Part shown: piece after piece, positions 38,472 to 51,200 of the stretch
How positions within the stretch are numbered: the stretch's first letter is position 1
Layout: every line of letters begins with the position of its first letter
Source: Candidatus Heimdallarchaeota archaeon
GTDB lineage: Archaea; Asgardarchaeota; Heimdallarchaeia; JABLTI01
Direction of reading: 5' to 3'
Assembly: GCA_019058275.1 (NCBI GenBank)
Contig: JAHLVW010000036.1
Coordinates: forward strand, 1-64,000
Length of the DNA: 64,000 bases
Translations under genes and position numbers: made by a program
Notes under the pieces: model-generated
The model's database searches: none
Told to the model about the DNA's origin: nothing
Seen by the model: only the letters and a program-made list of their open reading frames with translations

Positions 38472-38948
38472 TTAACCAATCTTAATCTTCATGAGCAATT
38501 GTTTGGAAGAAACTTGATCACCTATACCTACTGCTATTCTTTCTATAATTCCATCAATTGGTGATAAAATCTCATTTCTCATTTTCATCGATTCTAATAC
38601 TAGAAGACATTGTTGATCTTTGACTTTCTCTCCAGCTTGAACCTTTATTTCCACGATTTTTCCTGCTATCGCTGCTTTGATATCTGTTCCTTTTTTGTGC
38701 TTGATATTTTTTCGACTCATTATTTGAGGAGCTGGTTTGAAATCAAAATCAATTTCTTTTCCATTTAGAAAAACAGTATTTTCCTTAAATTCAATCCTTA
38801 GCACTCTACCATTTACTAATACTCTGTAAAATCTGCCATTATAGAATACTTCGGGCTTGAATTGATAATCATTAATCTTGATGCCATTTGGAGATTGTTC
38901 TAAATCAAATTCAGAACCATGAATGCGAATCTTGTACTTTTTCTCCAT
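38472..38948 (-). CDS. biotin carboxyl carrier protein
   Basis: VLESMKMRNEI biotinylation motif. Confidence 0.93.
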   Translation of the reverse strand: MEKKYKIRIHGSEFDLEQSPNGIKINDYQFKPEVFYNGRFYRVLVNGRVLRIEFKENTVFLNGKEIDFDFKPAPQIMSRKNIKHKKGTDIKAAIAGKIVEIKVQAGEKVKDQQCLLVLESMKMRNEILSPIDGIIERIAVGIGDQVSSKQLLMKIKIG

Positions 38949-38951
38949 GAT

Positions 38952-40424
38952 TTAGTCCCTCCCTATAGCATCCATCTTACTTTTCATTCGCCAATTATCT
39001 GATGTAGATGGAAGACTGAGTTTGCTTTTCTTTAATCCAACAGCAAATAGTGCTGATGCAATTGTGCAAACGTTTTTCTCAAGTTTCTCGAGTATTTTTC
39101 TATCTTGAATGAAATTTATACTAATATCACCCATTTGGAAATTAGCATCTTCAAATAATTGCTCGAAGAAAGAGATATTTGTAGGAAACCCAATAATAAC
39201 TAATTCTTTCAAAGCATTTTGTGCTCGTCGAATAGCTTCTTCTCTAGATTCATCTGCTACTATTAATTTTCCAATTAGTGAATCATAGCAATCTGGTATT
39301 GTGAATCCTTCATAGATTGAAGTATCAAATCGTACTTGAGGACCACCTGGTGCAACAAATCTGGAAACCATACCGGGTGTTGGTTGAAAATTCATAAGAG
39401 GATCTTCTGCATTGATTCGTAATTCTATTGCATGTCCCCTAAATTTAATATCAGACTGTTTAAACGACAATTCAGCACCTTGAGCAATCTTAATTTGCTC
39501 TTTAACAATATCCTTTCCAGTTAACATTTCAGTTACAGGGTGCTCAACTTGAATTCTTGGATTTATTTCATTAAACATAACCTGATTATTTTTGTAGAGG
39601 AATTCTATTGTACCAGCATTTTTGTAACCAAGAGTTTTTGCTAGTTTACAAACTAATGCACCAATTTCCTTTCTCTCTGCATTTGTAATAGCTGTTGATG
39701 GTGATTCTTCTAACAATTTCTGATTTCTACGTTGTATTGAGCACTCTCTTTCACCTAAATGAACAACATTTCCAAAATTATCAGCTAAGATTTGAAACTC
39801 AATATGCCTTGGTTGCTCAATAAATTTCTCTAGGAAAACACTACTGCGTCCAAATGCTAATTTAGCTTGAGCACTAGCATTTCTAAGTGCGTTTTTCAAA
39901 TCCTTTTTATTAAGAGCAACCTGAATTCCCATACCTCCTCCACCAAAAACAGCCTTAACTAATACTGGATAACCGATTTTTTCAGCTTCTCTAATTCCTT
40001 CTTTATAATTTGAGATAATATCAGAACCAGGTGGAACGGATAATCCAACTTCTATTGCCTTTTCCCTTGACTTGACTTTATTTCCAAGAAGTTCAATAAC
40101 TTCAGGTGCGGGTCCAATAAATGTAATTCCTTCATCTAACAATCTTTGAGCAAAAATCTCACTTTCAGACAGAAATCCATATCCTGGGTGAACACTTTCT
40201 ACTTCTTCGCGCTTGCAAATAGCTGCAATCTGATCAATATCTAGATATCCTGGAGTTTCCCCATCTTCAACTAGCTCAAAAGATTCATCAGCGAGCTTCA
40301 CGTGAAGTGCATTTCGATCAACAGGGGAATAAATTGCGAAGGTTTTGATAACGAGCTCACGAGCTGCTCGGATGATTCTTACTGCAATTTCACCTCTGTT
40401 TGCTACTAACAGAGTATTGAACAT
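38952..40424 (-). CDS. accC: biotin carboxylase subunit of acyl-CoA carboxylase
   Basis: ANRGEIA, HPGYGFLSE, GGGGMG, ERECSIQRR, NPRIQVEH, RINAED. Confidence 0.95.
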   Translation of the reverse strand: MFNTLLVANRGEIAVRIIRAARELVIKTFAIYSPVDRNALHVKLADESFELVEDGETPGYLDIDQIAAICKREEVESVHPGYGFLSESEIFAQRLLDEGITFIGPAPEVIELLGNKVKSREKAIEVGLSVPPGSDIISNYKEGIREAEKIGYPVLVKAVFGGGGMGIQVALNKKDLKNALRNASAQAKLAFGRSSVFLEKFIEQPRHIEFQILADNFGNVVHLGERECSIQRRNQKLLEESPSTAITNAERKEIGALVCKLAKTLGYKNAGTIEFLYKNNQVMFNEINPRIQVEHPVTEMLTGKDIVKEQIKIAQGAELSFKQSDIKFRGHAIELRINAEDPLMNFQPTPGMVSRFVAPGGPQVRFDTSIYEGFTIPDCYDSLIGKLIVADESREEAIRRAQNALKELVIIGFPTNISFFEQLFEDANFQMGDISINFIQDRKILEKLEKNVCTIASALFAVGLKKSKLSLPSTSDNWRMKSKMDAIGRD

Positions 40425-40438
40425 GATAACAATGCAAC

Positions 40439-40525
40439 TTTTACAGTCTTATATATCACTAACGCCTTTTTACTGTAAAACCATTTCAAAGGAGGAATTT
40501 TGCTGTAGAGACTTTTACAGTAAAA
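40439..40525. promoter_or_regulatory. repeated palindromic sites TTTTAC(A/T)GTAAAA in the divergent promoter
   Basis: Perfect copies at 40468-40480 and 40513-40525; degenerate copies at 40439-40451 and 40498-40510. Confidence 0.65.
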
Positions 40526-40605
40526 AAAAGATACATATATGATTATCATAGTTCCGTTTCTAAATGCGGCTTGGCAACCGTTTACTGAAACAGGAGATTT
40601 ATGAA

Positions 40606-42207
40606 ATGAATATGAACTCAGAGCTTACTGAAAATAGAGAACTTTTACTCAAAAAAGGCAAAACTCAGCAGAAGGCTGAGGAATTATTGGAGAAAAGAGA
40701 AGTAGCTCTACAAAGTGGTGGAGAAAAAGCAATTCAAAAGCAGTTAGAGAAGGGCAAATTAACTGCACGTCAAAGAATTGAACTTCTACTAGATCCAGGC
40801 TCATTTGTTGAAACCAATATGTTTGTTAGACATAAAAACAGCAATTTTGGATTGGACAAGAAGAAATTCTACACTGATGGTGTTATTACTGGTTTCGGTC
40901 AAGTAAATGGCAAATTAGTTTATGTTTACAGTCAAGATTTCACAATTCTAGGTGGAAGTCTTGGTGAGGCTCATGCTAAGAAAATAACTCAATTAATGGA
41001 TCAAGCAGTGCAAAATGGTGCCCCAATAATCGGGTTTAATGATTCTGGTGGTGCAAGAATTCAAGAAGGTGCAAGTTCACTAGCAGGTTATGGTGATATT
41101 TTCATTCGAAATGTTCGTGCTTCTGGTATTGTTCCTCAAATTTCTTGCATTGTAGGTCCTTCTGCTGGAGGAGCTGTTTATTCACCTGCGCTTACAGATT
41201 TTATTGTTATGACAGAAGATACTTCTTATATGTTTGTCACTGGTCCCGTAGTCGTAAAAGCTGTTACAGGAGAGGAGACATCATTTGAAGAGCTTGGTGG
41301 TGCTTCCACACACAGCACTAATTCTGGAATTTCTCACCTGGTTGGCTCTGATGAAATTGAATCTATTGAGCTCATAAAAGTGCTCCTCTCCTATCTTCCT
41401 TCTAATAATTTGGAAGATCCTCCATTAAAGGACACTTCAACCATTAATGGATACGAATTTAAAATGTTAAATGATATCATACCAGATGACCCCCAAGAAC
41501 CCTATGATATGAGAGAAGTAATTCTACGCATTGTAGATAAAGGAAACTTCCTAGAGCTTCAAAAGAAATGGGCTCAAAATATCATAATTGGTTTTGGAAG
41601 ACTAAATGGTCATCCAATTGGCATTGTAGCCAACCAACCAAGTATACTTGCAGGAGCTTTAGACATTAATGCTTCAATCAAAGCAGCAAGATTCATACGC
41701 TTCTGTGATTCATTTAATATTCCAATTATCACTTTCGTAGATGTTCCAGGATTCTTACCTGGATTAGATCAAGAACATAATGGCATAATCAAACATGGAG
41801 CAAAGCTCATATTTGCATATGCTGAAGCTACTGTACCAAAATTAACAGTTATTACAAGAAAAGCTTATGGAGGAGCCTATATTGTAATGGGATCCAAACA
41901 TCTTGCAAATGACATTAATTTTGCATGGCCAACAGCTGAAATTGCAGTTATGGGTTCAGAAGGTGCAGTTCAAATCATTTACAGAAGAGATTTAGCAGCT
42001 GCTGAAGACAAAGAAGAAATGTTATTGAATCTGAAAAATGACTTTGCTAAAGAATTCAATAATCCTTACTTAGCAGCAGAAAGAGGTTACATTGATGACG
42101 TTATTCTTCCTAGTGAAACACGTCAAAAATTAATTGCTTCTCTCTGGCCTTTACTCAGAAAAAGAGAAAGAAGATTGAACAAAAAGCACGGAAATATACC
42201 CCTTTAA
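40606..42207 (+). CDS. acyl-CoA carboxylase carboxyltransferase subunit (PccB/MmdA-type)
   Basis: QDFTILGGSLG, DSGGARIQEG, DVPGFLPG, RKAYGGAY, KKHGNIPL; AGGAG upstream of ATG 40606 (track start 40564). Confidence 0.95.
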   Translation: MNMNSELTENRELLLKKGKTQQKAEELLEKREVALQSGGEKAIQKQLEKGKLTARQRIELLLDPGSFVETNMFVRHKNSNFGLDKKKFYTDGVITGFGQVNGKLVYVYSQDFTILGGSLGEAHAKKITQLMDQAVQNGAPIIGFNDSGGARIQEGASSLAGYGDIFIRNVRASGIVPQISCIVGPSAGGAVYSPALTDFIVMTEDTSYMFVTGPVVVKAVTGEETSFEELGGASTHSTNSGISHLVGSDEIESIELIKVLLSYLPSNNLEDPPLKDTSTINGYEFKMLNDIIPDDPQEPYDMREVILRIVDKGNFLELQKKWAQNIIIGFGRLNGHPIGIVANQPSILAGALDINASIKAARFIRFCDSFNIPIITFVDVPGFLPGLDQEHNGIIKHGAKLIFAYAEATVPKLTVITRKAYGGAYIVMGSKHLANDINFAWPTAEIAVMGSEGAVQIIYRRDLAAAEDKEEMLLNLKNDFAKEFNNPYLAAERGYIDDVILPSETRQKLIASLWPLLRKRERRLNKKHGNIPL

Positions 42208-42254
42208 GCTCATCGTATATTAGTATATACTATCAATAAACAGGAGATAAAAAA

Positions 42255-45200
42255 ATGGTTTCTAGATATGATTTTGAAAATATCATAAGCAAACATAAAC
42301 CAATATTAGCTTACAATCCACAAGGAATTTCTGATGTCACTTTGATTAAGTCTGTAGTTGAATCTGGTGGTATTGGTCTTGTTGATTTAGAACGATTGCA
42401 AGATGATACGATTCAAGAATTATTACAAAATTGCTCCCAAAACATAAACGACTCATGGGGAATTAGAATTTCTTCTAAAGAACAATTGAAGCTTGTTCTT
42501 ACTCAACACGAAGATTCTTTTCCTTTGATTCTAGTTATTGGGGATTTCAAGCTTACTTCAACTGATTTACAAAAGATTAAAGCTAAATCTATTGTTCTTT
42601 TAGCTGAAGTGATTTCTTTAGAAGAAGCTTATGATAAGAAATGGGCTGAAGTATTTATTGTTAAAGGTAATGAGGCTGCTGGAAGAGTTGGTGATCAAAC
42701 ATCTTTCATACTCGCACAACAATTTGCAGATGCTGGATTGCCTTTTATAGTCCAAGGTGGTATTGGTCTTTATACTACCCCTGCTGTTTTTGCTGTTGGA
42801 GCTAAAGCTATTGTTTTGGACACTCAACTATTTCTTACACCTGAAAGTCCTCTTTCAAATCAAGTCAAAGAGTTCTTATCCAAATTAGATGCGACTGATA
42901 CAAAGGTATTGGGTGAATCCACTTCTAAGAAATATCGAGTTTATGCACGTTTAGGAACAAAAATAGTTCGTGAAATTGTCCAAAAGGAGAAGGAATTATT
43001 AGAGCTTACTAAAAAAGAGCGAACAAAGGTTTTCCAAGAAATTCTTCTTTCTAAAAGAGATATGTTTGATAAGGATGATATATCTAACTGTTTGATTCCA
43101 ATAGGTCAGGATATACCCTTTGCAGGAATTTTGACTGCAAAATTCAAAGATGTTAATGGTATAATTAATGGTCTGCTTAAGCAAGCAAAGAAGCAAATCA
43201 AAGAAGCCATAATGAATTATCCATTTAGAGAAAATACTGAGATTGCAAAAACCCTTGGAGTAAAATATCCCCTTATCCAAGGACCAATGGCTAATGTTTC
43301 TGAAAGTCCGAAATTTGCTAAAGTGACATCAAATGCAGGAGCATTACCATTTTTAGCTTTAGGTTCACTCTTTCCTAATCAAACCAGAACTTTAATTAGC
43401 GAAACCAAAAAGGCATTAGGTGAAAAACCATTTGGATGTGGATTAATTGGTCTTGAAGCTAATAAAACTGCTCGAGATGAACATCTGAAAATAATTAAAG
43501 AGCTAAAGCCACCTTTTGTCGTTGTTGCTGCCGGAACCATTGATCAAGCTAAAGAAATAATGAATTATGATATTGAAACATTCCTACATACACCATCACC
43601 ATTGATCTTCGCTGAAGCTATAGAATCAAACGTTTATTCCTTGATTTTAGAAGGAATGGAATGTGGTGGTCATATAGGTGTTTTAACAAGTTTTGTTTTA
43701 TGGGAATTATCTTTACACCAATTAGCAAAGTTAGAAGATAGCATAAAGAATAGCAATAAAAAAGTAACAGTTGCATTTGCAGGAGGAATTGGTGATAGAT
43801 TTTCTGCTGCAATAGCTGGTGTTGTTAGTTCTTCATTACCTGAATTAATGAATGGTGTCATGTGGGTTGGTTCTGCATATATTTTAGTAAAAGAAATTGT
43901 TGAAACAGGTGCAATTCAACCACTATACCAACAATTAGCATTAAATGCTAAAGAGACTATGGTCATGGGTGAAACAGTAAATACTCGAGCAAGATCTATC
44001 CCAACACCATTTGCAAGAGAAATCATCAAAAGAGAATTAGATAGAATTCATGAAGGTATCAGCTTAAAGGAACGCAAGCATCAGTATGAACGAGACAATT
44101 TAGGAGCAACTCGAGTAGCTGCATTAGGTGAAATCTGGAATCCAGATGGTGAAGACGACAAACCAAATAGGTTCATGTTTGTAGATGAAAAAGTGCAACA
44201 CAAGAAAGGGAATTATCTAATTGGTCAAATTGTCACAAGTCTTCGTTGTATACGATCGATTGATAATTTGCATGATGAGCTTATTATGAATTCCCAAAAA
44301 GTAGTTACTAAGAAGGGAATGGAATTAGCTGAAAAGCTGAGACAAATAAGTGAACAAGTGCTAAAAATCCCAGAAAAGAAAATAGATCCAGTATCAACAG
44401 ATATATCTTATCAAGAAGTTAATACTGATATATTTGAAAGTGAAGGAATAGCTGTTATTGGTTTAGGTTGCGTTTTTCCTGATGCACCAAATATCAAAAC
44501 ATATTGGAAAAATATACTCAAAAAAGTTTATTCCATAAAAGAAATCTCAAAGAAGAGATGGCATGGTGATATCAATCTATTCTATAGTGAAGATAGAAAT
44601 ATGCCAAACAAAACCTATGCAAAAATTGCTGCTGAAATTGAAGATCTTAAGTTCAATTCAATAGAATTCAAAATTCCACCAAAAGTTACAATAACAATGG
44701 GTAAAACCCAGAAACTAGCTTTAATGGCTGCAAAAGAAGCGTTAAGTGATTCTGGATTACTTGAAAAAGGTGTGGATAATAATAGAACTGCAGTTATCAT
44801 AGGTAATTCGATGGGTGATGAGATAAGAGGAGATCGTACTCGAAAGATCTATGTACCTGAATTCTTGGCTTCAATAGAAAAGACTTCCTCATTCAAGGAT
44901 ATTGACAAGAAATCTTGGGAAAATATCAGAAAAGAAGTATTCGATGATTATGAATCTAAACTATCACCAATTAATGAAGATGCTATGCCAGGGGAATTAT
45001 CGAACATCATCGCAGGGAGAATCGCTAATGTTTTCAATCTTCGCGGTAAAAGTATGACTACTGATGCAGCATGTGCATCAAGCTTAGCAGCATTGAATGT
45101 AGCAGTAAAAGGACTTCTTGATAAAGAATATAATGTAGCCCTTTGTGGAGGTGTAGATTGCTCTTTAGACCCAACGACATTTGTAAAGTTTGCAAAAATA

Positions 45201-48200
45201 GGTGCTATATCTGCAGAAGGATCTTTTCCATTTGATGCTAGAGCAAACGGATTTGTTATGGGCGAAGGAGCAGGTTTCTGTGTTCTAAAACGTTTATCAG
45301 AAGCTGTTAAAGATGGCAATAAAATTTACGCTGTATTTAGAGGATTTGGAGCTGCTTCTGACGGGAAAGGAAAAGGAATTACTGCCCCTAATCCTATCGG
45401 ACAAAAACTTGCAATAGAAAGAGCACTAGACCAAGCTGGTCTTACATTCTCTGATATACAATATGTTGAAGCACACGGTACAAGTACAACTGTAGGTGAT
45501 GTCATTGAAATGCAAGTACTGAACGAAATGGCTCAAGACATAAAACCAGCATCAATTGCTATAGGTTCTATTAAAAGTCAAATTGGTCACTTGAAGAGTG
45601 CCGGAGGTATTGCTTCAATAATAAAAACAGCTCTTGCACTGCACCATAAAATTCTACCACCTTCTATCAATTTTAAGACACCTAATCCAAAAATAGATTG
45701 GGCGACTTCACCATTTTACGTTAATATTAATAAACAAGATTGGAAGCTACCCTCAACTGGTTTTAGAGCTGCAGGGATTTCTTCTTTTGGTTTTGGTGGT
45801 ACAAACTACCATGCAATTATAGAGGAATACATTCCTGGTAAAACTAGAGGTCATTTACCAACCCTAATTAGTTCTAAGGAATTACAGAACATTCTTGCAG
45901 GAGCTCATATTGCTCAAGGATTAAGCACCTCAGCTGAATTTGAGAAGGTTCTAGATACCTCAAAATGGCAAGATTACATTGGTAAGAACATTTCACTAGA
46001 GATTGAACCAATCTTCTTTGGAGGTAATTCCGAACAAGAATTAATTGATTCCATAAATGACTATAAAGGTGCAATCCCTCAGAGCACATTTAAAACAGAT
46101 GGTACAGGATTTCGTGTAAGGAACTTAACTGTACAATCACTAGATAATCTATCTAAGAAAATTAAAGCAAGTATAACTTGTTCATCACTAGAAGATTTAC
46201 CAAAAACCTTAGATACTTTAGTTGAAGGTATAAAAGAGAAAAGAAAACGAAAATTGCTTATGAATAAGGGGATGTTCTTCAGTGATGATCATTCTCTTGG
46301 TAAAATAGCTTTTCTTTTCCCTGGACAAGGAAGTCAATATCTTCGCATGGGTAAAGAGCTATTTGAAAAATACACAATAGTTCAAGAGACTTTCAATGAA
46401 GCAGATGAAATTACAAAAGAACTTATCGGTTTTCCAATATCAGATGTAATTTTCACAAATGGAAAATCTGATGAAGAAGCAGTAGCGCAACTAAAAGAAA
46501 CAGAAATCACTCAACCAGCAATCTTTACTTTGAATATTGCTATTTTCAGATTACTGAAGTCCTTTGGTATAGAACCTGATTTTGTTGCAGGTCATAGCAT
46601 GGGTGAATATGCTGCTTTAGTTGCTTCAGGGATCCTTAGTCTTAGAGATGGATTCCTTGCTATTGTTCCTCGTGGACAAACTATGTCTAAATTCAAATCT
46701 AAGGATAAAGGAACGATGGCTTCAATAGGAGCTGGATATGAAGTTGTTGATGAAGTTCTCAAAACAATTGATGAATATGTTATTGCTGCTAATAAGAACT
46801 CACCAAAACAAACGGTAATATCTGGTTCTACTGTAGGTGTTAAAGCAGCTGTAAAAGCTTTTACAGATAAAGGTATTCCTGCTATTCCATTGCCTGTTTC
46901 AGCTGCATTCCATTCTAAAATAGTTGAAATAGCAGTTGTTGAATTCAGAAAAGCACTAAAGAAATTAAAATACAAAAAACCACTAATACTAATCTCCAGT
47001 AATGTTACTGGAGAATTGTATCCAACAACAAGAAAAGAAATAATCGATTTATTATGTGCTCAAGTATGCTCTCCTGTTGAATGGATAAAACAAATAACTG
47101 ACATGTATGAGAAACATGGAGCTAGAACATTCATAGAAATAGGTCCAAAATACGTTCTAACGAGTTTCAATCGAGGAATACTTGAGGAAAAAACTGATGT
47201 TTTATCACTTGCATCAAATCATCCTAAGAGAGGAGCTATTCAACATTTCTCTGAAGTGATTGGTGCATTAGGAACTTATTGCTATCCTATAAAGTATCCA
47301 GCATTAGAAAGTACAATATATACACCTGAATTCAGAAATCCACTCGAGAGATTTTATACGAAGAGAGTAATTAGTAGAGAATCAGTAAGACAAACTATCG
47401 TAAAGAAATCTCCTTTTGACATTCTAATAAATTCAAAACTCAAATCATTAGTCAAAGAGGACTCATTTAGTGACTATCTTAAATTACAAGCACCAGCAAT
47501 AAGTGCCTTTTTAGAAGTTGGCTATGAAACCTATAAAACAACGATTGCTGAAGCAATGAAAGAAAAGGAGAGGTTCGATAAACTCCAAATTAATACTGAA
47601 GCAATTGGAATAACTGGCGTATCCATAGGACTACCTGGCAGAGATAGGAAGGTATTTGATGAATCAAACTTTGATGCGATTCTTGCAGGAGAAAATTTCA
47701 TTGATCTTATACCAATGGAATATCGTAAAAAAATGGTTGATAAGAATATTGTACGTCTTGTCAAAGATGCTATTAAAGGTGCACAATTCCAGACAATCTC
47801 GGATGTTAGCGAAGTAATTAAATTAGCTGCACAGAAAGGCCAATTCAATCTTTCTGAAGAATATGGTGTAGATGTTGGTTTTACTGAGATTTTAGATATT
47901 ACATTTCAATTAGCTTTTGCAGCTGGTATTGAAGCTATGAGAGATGCAGGTATCCCACTGATGCCATTAAAAGTTAAAACCTCTGTAGGTAAGGAAATTA
48001 CAAAGGGATGGGCATTACCCGAGTCATTAAGAAATGAAACTGGAATAATTTTTGCATCAGCATTTCCTGCTTATAGTAATTTAATCTCAGTTGTATCTGA
48101 ATATCTAGCAGATAAATATGCAAATAAAAATCGAGAGGAAATAAATCTCCTTTTTGATGAGTTAATTGACCAAATTTCTAATAAAACCTCAAAAGAGAGG

Positions 48201-51200
48201 ATTCAACAGTGGTTCCTCAACAATAAGTCACAAATTGCTACTGATAAAGAGTCACAATTCCAATTCAGTAGGAAGTTCTTGTTTGAAATACTTTCAATGG
48301 GTCATTCACAATTTGCACAATTCATTAGAGCTAGAGGACCTAACACTCAAGTAAATGCTGCATGTTCATCTACAACCCAAGCTGTTGCTATAGCAGAAGA
48401 TTGGATAAGAACCAGTAGATGTAAAAGAGTAATAGTGATTGCTGCAGATGATGTAACCAATGAGGTCATGCTTGAATGGATTGGGTCTGGCTTTTTAGCA
48501 GTAGGTGCAGCAACAACACTTGAGAAAGTAGAAGAAGCAGCTTTACCTTTTGATAAAAGAAGGCATGGCATGATAATCGGAATGGGCGCTGTAGGAATAG
48601 TAATAGAAGCAGAATCAGCAATTCAAAAAAGAGGAGTAAAACCCATTGTTGACTTGCTGGGAACTCACATAGTGAATTCCGCTTTCCATGGAACAAGATT
48701 GGACAGAGATCATATCTCTTCACAAGTGGATGAATTTATTACAAATATTGAACGAAGACATGGAATCACTCGAGAGGAAATTGCCAGAGAACTGGTATTT
48801 GTTAGCCATGAAACATATACTCCAGCAAGAGGAGGAAGTGCTTCTGCTGAAGTAGATGCTTTAAGAAAAACATTTGGTAGCATGATTGACAAGATCGTTA
48901 TTGCCAATACAAAAGGATTTACAGGACATGCTATGGGTGCTGGTATTGAAGATGTCGTTGCTGTTAAGATTCTTGAAAAAGGAATTGTACCTCCTGTTGC
49001 TAATTGGAAAGAGCTTGATCCAGAACTTGGACACTTGAATCTGTCAAAAGGTGGAAAATATAACGTTAAATACGCTCTTAGATTTGCAGCTGGTTTTGGA
49101 TCTCAACTTACTCTAGTTTTGTACAGATTAAACACTTCCCTAAATCGTCTTGAAGGTGTTGGCTATGAACAATGGTTGAACTCTCTAGGTGGTACTAAAT
49201 CAACTATGGAAGTTGTAAAGAAAACCCTGCGTTTGAAGGAAGATCCAACTTTAATTAAACCTCAGCAAATTATTCCAAAAATTACTGCCCAAACTGGTAG
49301 TATGCAAGATGAGGGGATAGTTAAAGCTGTTGTTGATTTAATTTCCGAAAAAACTGGTTATCCAATAGATATGATTGAGCCAAATATGCATTTAGAGGAA
49401 GACTTGGGGATTGACACAGTAAAGCAAGCTGAATTATTTGGTGTCATAAGAACTAAATACAGTTTACCTCGAGAGGAAGGCGTAAGAATCCAAGAATACT
49501 TCTCAGTAAATAAAATCGCTGAATATATTACTTCTAGAATTTCAGGAGAAATTCAACCTTCGAGTGTAGACTCAGGTGTTCAAATACAACAGAGTACTTC
49601 CTCATCTCATAAAGAGATAGCAAAGGAAATTACTCTTCTAATTTCTGAGAAAACTGGTTATCCAACAGATATGATAGAAGCTGATATGGAATTAGAAGAA
49701 GATCTTGGTATAGACACAGTTAAGCAAGCAGAAATGTTTGGAATCATCAGAACAAAATGGAATCTACCAAGAGAGGAAGGTATTCGTATACAAGAGTATT
49801 CAACTGTCAATAAAATTGCTGAATATATTCTGAAAAGAGTTAGTGATGCTTCACAAACTTCAACTGAAGTAGTAGCTGAAACAACAACCTCAACAGAAGA
49901 TATCTATGTACCTGCTAAACGATTGGTCTTACAATTAATTGAATCACCTATGCCCAAAGCTGAAAAAATCAAATTAAAGGATAAAAAATTCATTATCGCT
50001 GGTGAAACAGGACCATTCACTACTAAACTAATTTCACTACTAGGAGACAAGAAAGCTAATCTAATAAAACATCTTGATTTGAAAACTCTTAACTCGAGAG
50101 AGAAAATACTCAAAGAAATACCTGAAGATGTTATAGATGGCTTGATTTACATTGAACCAAAAACTAGTCAGAAAAATAAGCACAACTTAACAGCTAGAAT
50201 CTTCTTCACTCTTTGTCGTGATATCAACTATTCTGATTCACCTTTAGTATTAACCATAAGCGAAAACATAACCTCTTTTGGTTGGAATGGTAAGCATAAA
50301 CCAATTTCTGGTTCACTTACTGGATTAACTAAAGCCATTGCTCGTGAATTTACAAATAGTAGAGTTAAATGTGTTGCGTGTAATGATCCTAAATATGCTA
50401 TCGATGAAATCTGTGCAGGAGATGGATCTATCGAAGTTTCCTATACAGAGGATGGTAAAAGAAAAGTTTTCGTTACAGTGGAAACTCCTGTTGAAGTTAC
50501 TGATCAACCGTTTACAATCTCAAAGGATGAATTGGTAATTATTACTGGTGGAGCTCTAGGAATTACTCATCAAATTTCTAAAGAATTAGCGAAAAGATAT
50601 CAACCCAAATTAGCTTTGGTTGGCATTGAAACTCTCCCAGATAATATTGATGAAATAGCCAATTATAGTGAAGAAAGGTTAGCTCAATTAAAAGATCAAT
50701 TGATTAGTGATTTAAAACAAAGAGAAGAAAGAGTTACTCCGGTTCTAATAGAAAAGGAATGGTCAAAAATCAGCAAAGCAATTGATGTTAAAAAAGGGAT
50801 CGAAGAGCTAACTGCACTAGGTAGTGTTGTAAAATATTACTCAACTAATGTCGTAAATACCGAACAAATGAAATCTACCATTGAACAAATTGGTGCTGAT
50901 TTTGGTCAAGAAATTATTGGTATAATTCATGGTGCAGGTTTAGAAATTTCTAGATTAATTAAAGATAAAAAACCAGAGGAATTTGATCTTGTTTACAATG
51001 TAAAAGCCATTGGCTTAGATAACCTAATTCAAAACATAAACATGAAGAAGGTAAAATTCGTCAAATGCTTTTCATCAGTTGCTGGTAGATATGGTAATGG
51101 TGGCCAAGTCGACTATTCAGCTGCTAATGATTATCTCTCCAAGAATTGTTGGCAATTAAGGTCAAAAGGAATTCGTGCAACTTCTATTTGTTGGTCTGCT

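Noticed and set aside
36468-49718. ACA recoded as Ser, which would explain Thr at both ACP sites and in SpeD (all ACA codons)
   Set aside because: ACA also encodes conserved Thr elsewhere in the window (PyrB HPTQ, Get3 APTGH, KS1 HGTST), so the standard code fits
49310-49845. 300-bp-spaced DNA repeat as a mobile or CRISPR-like repeat
   Set aside because: It is the in-frame tandem ACP duplication
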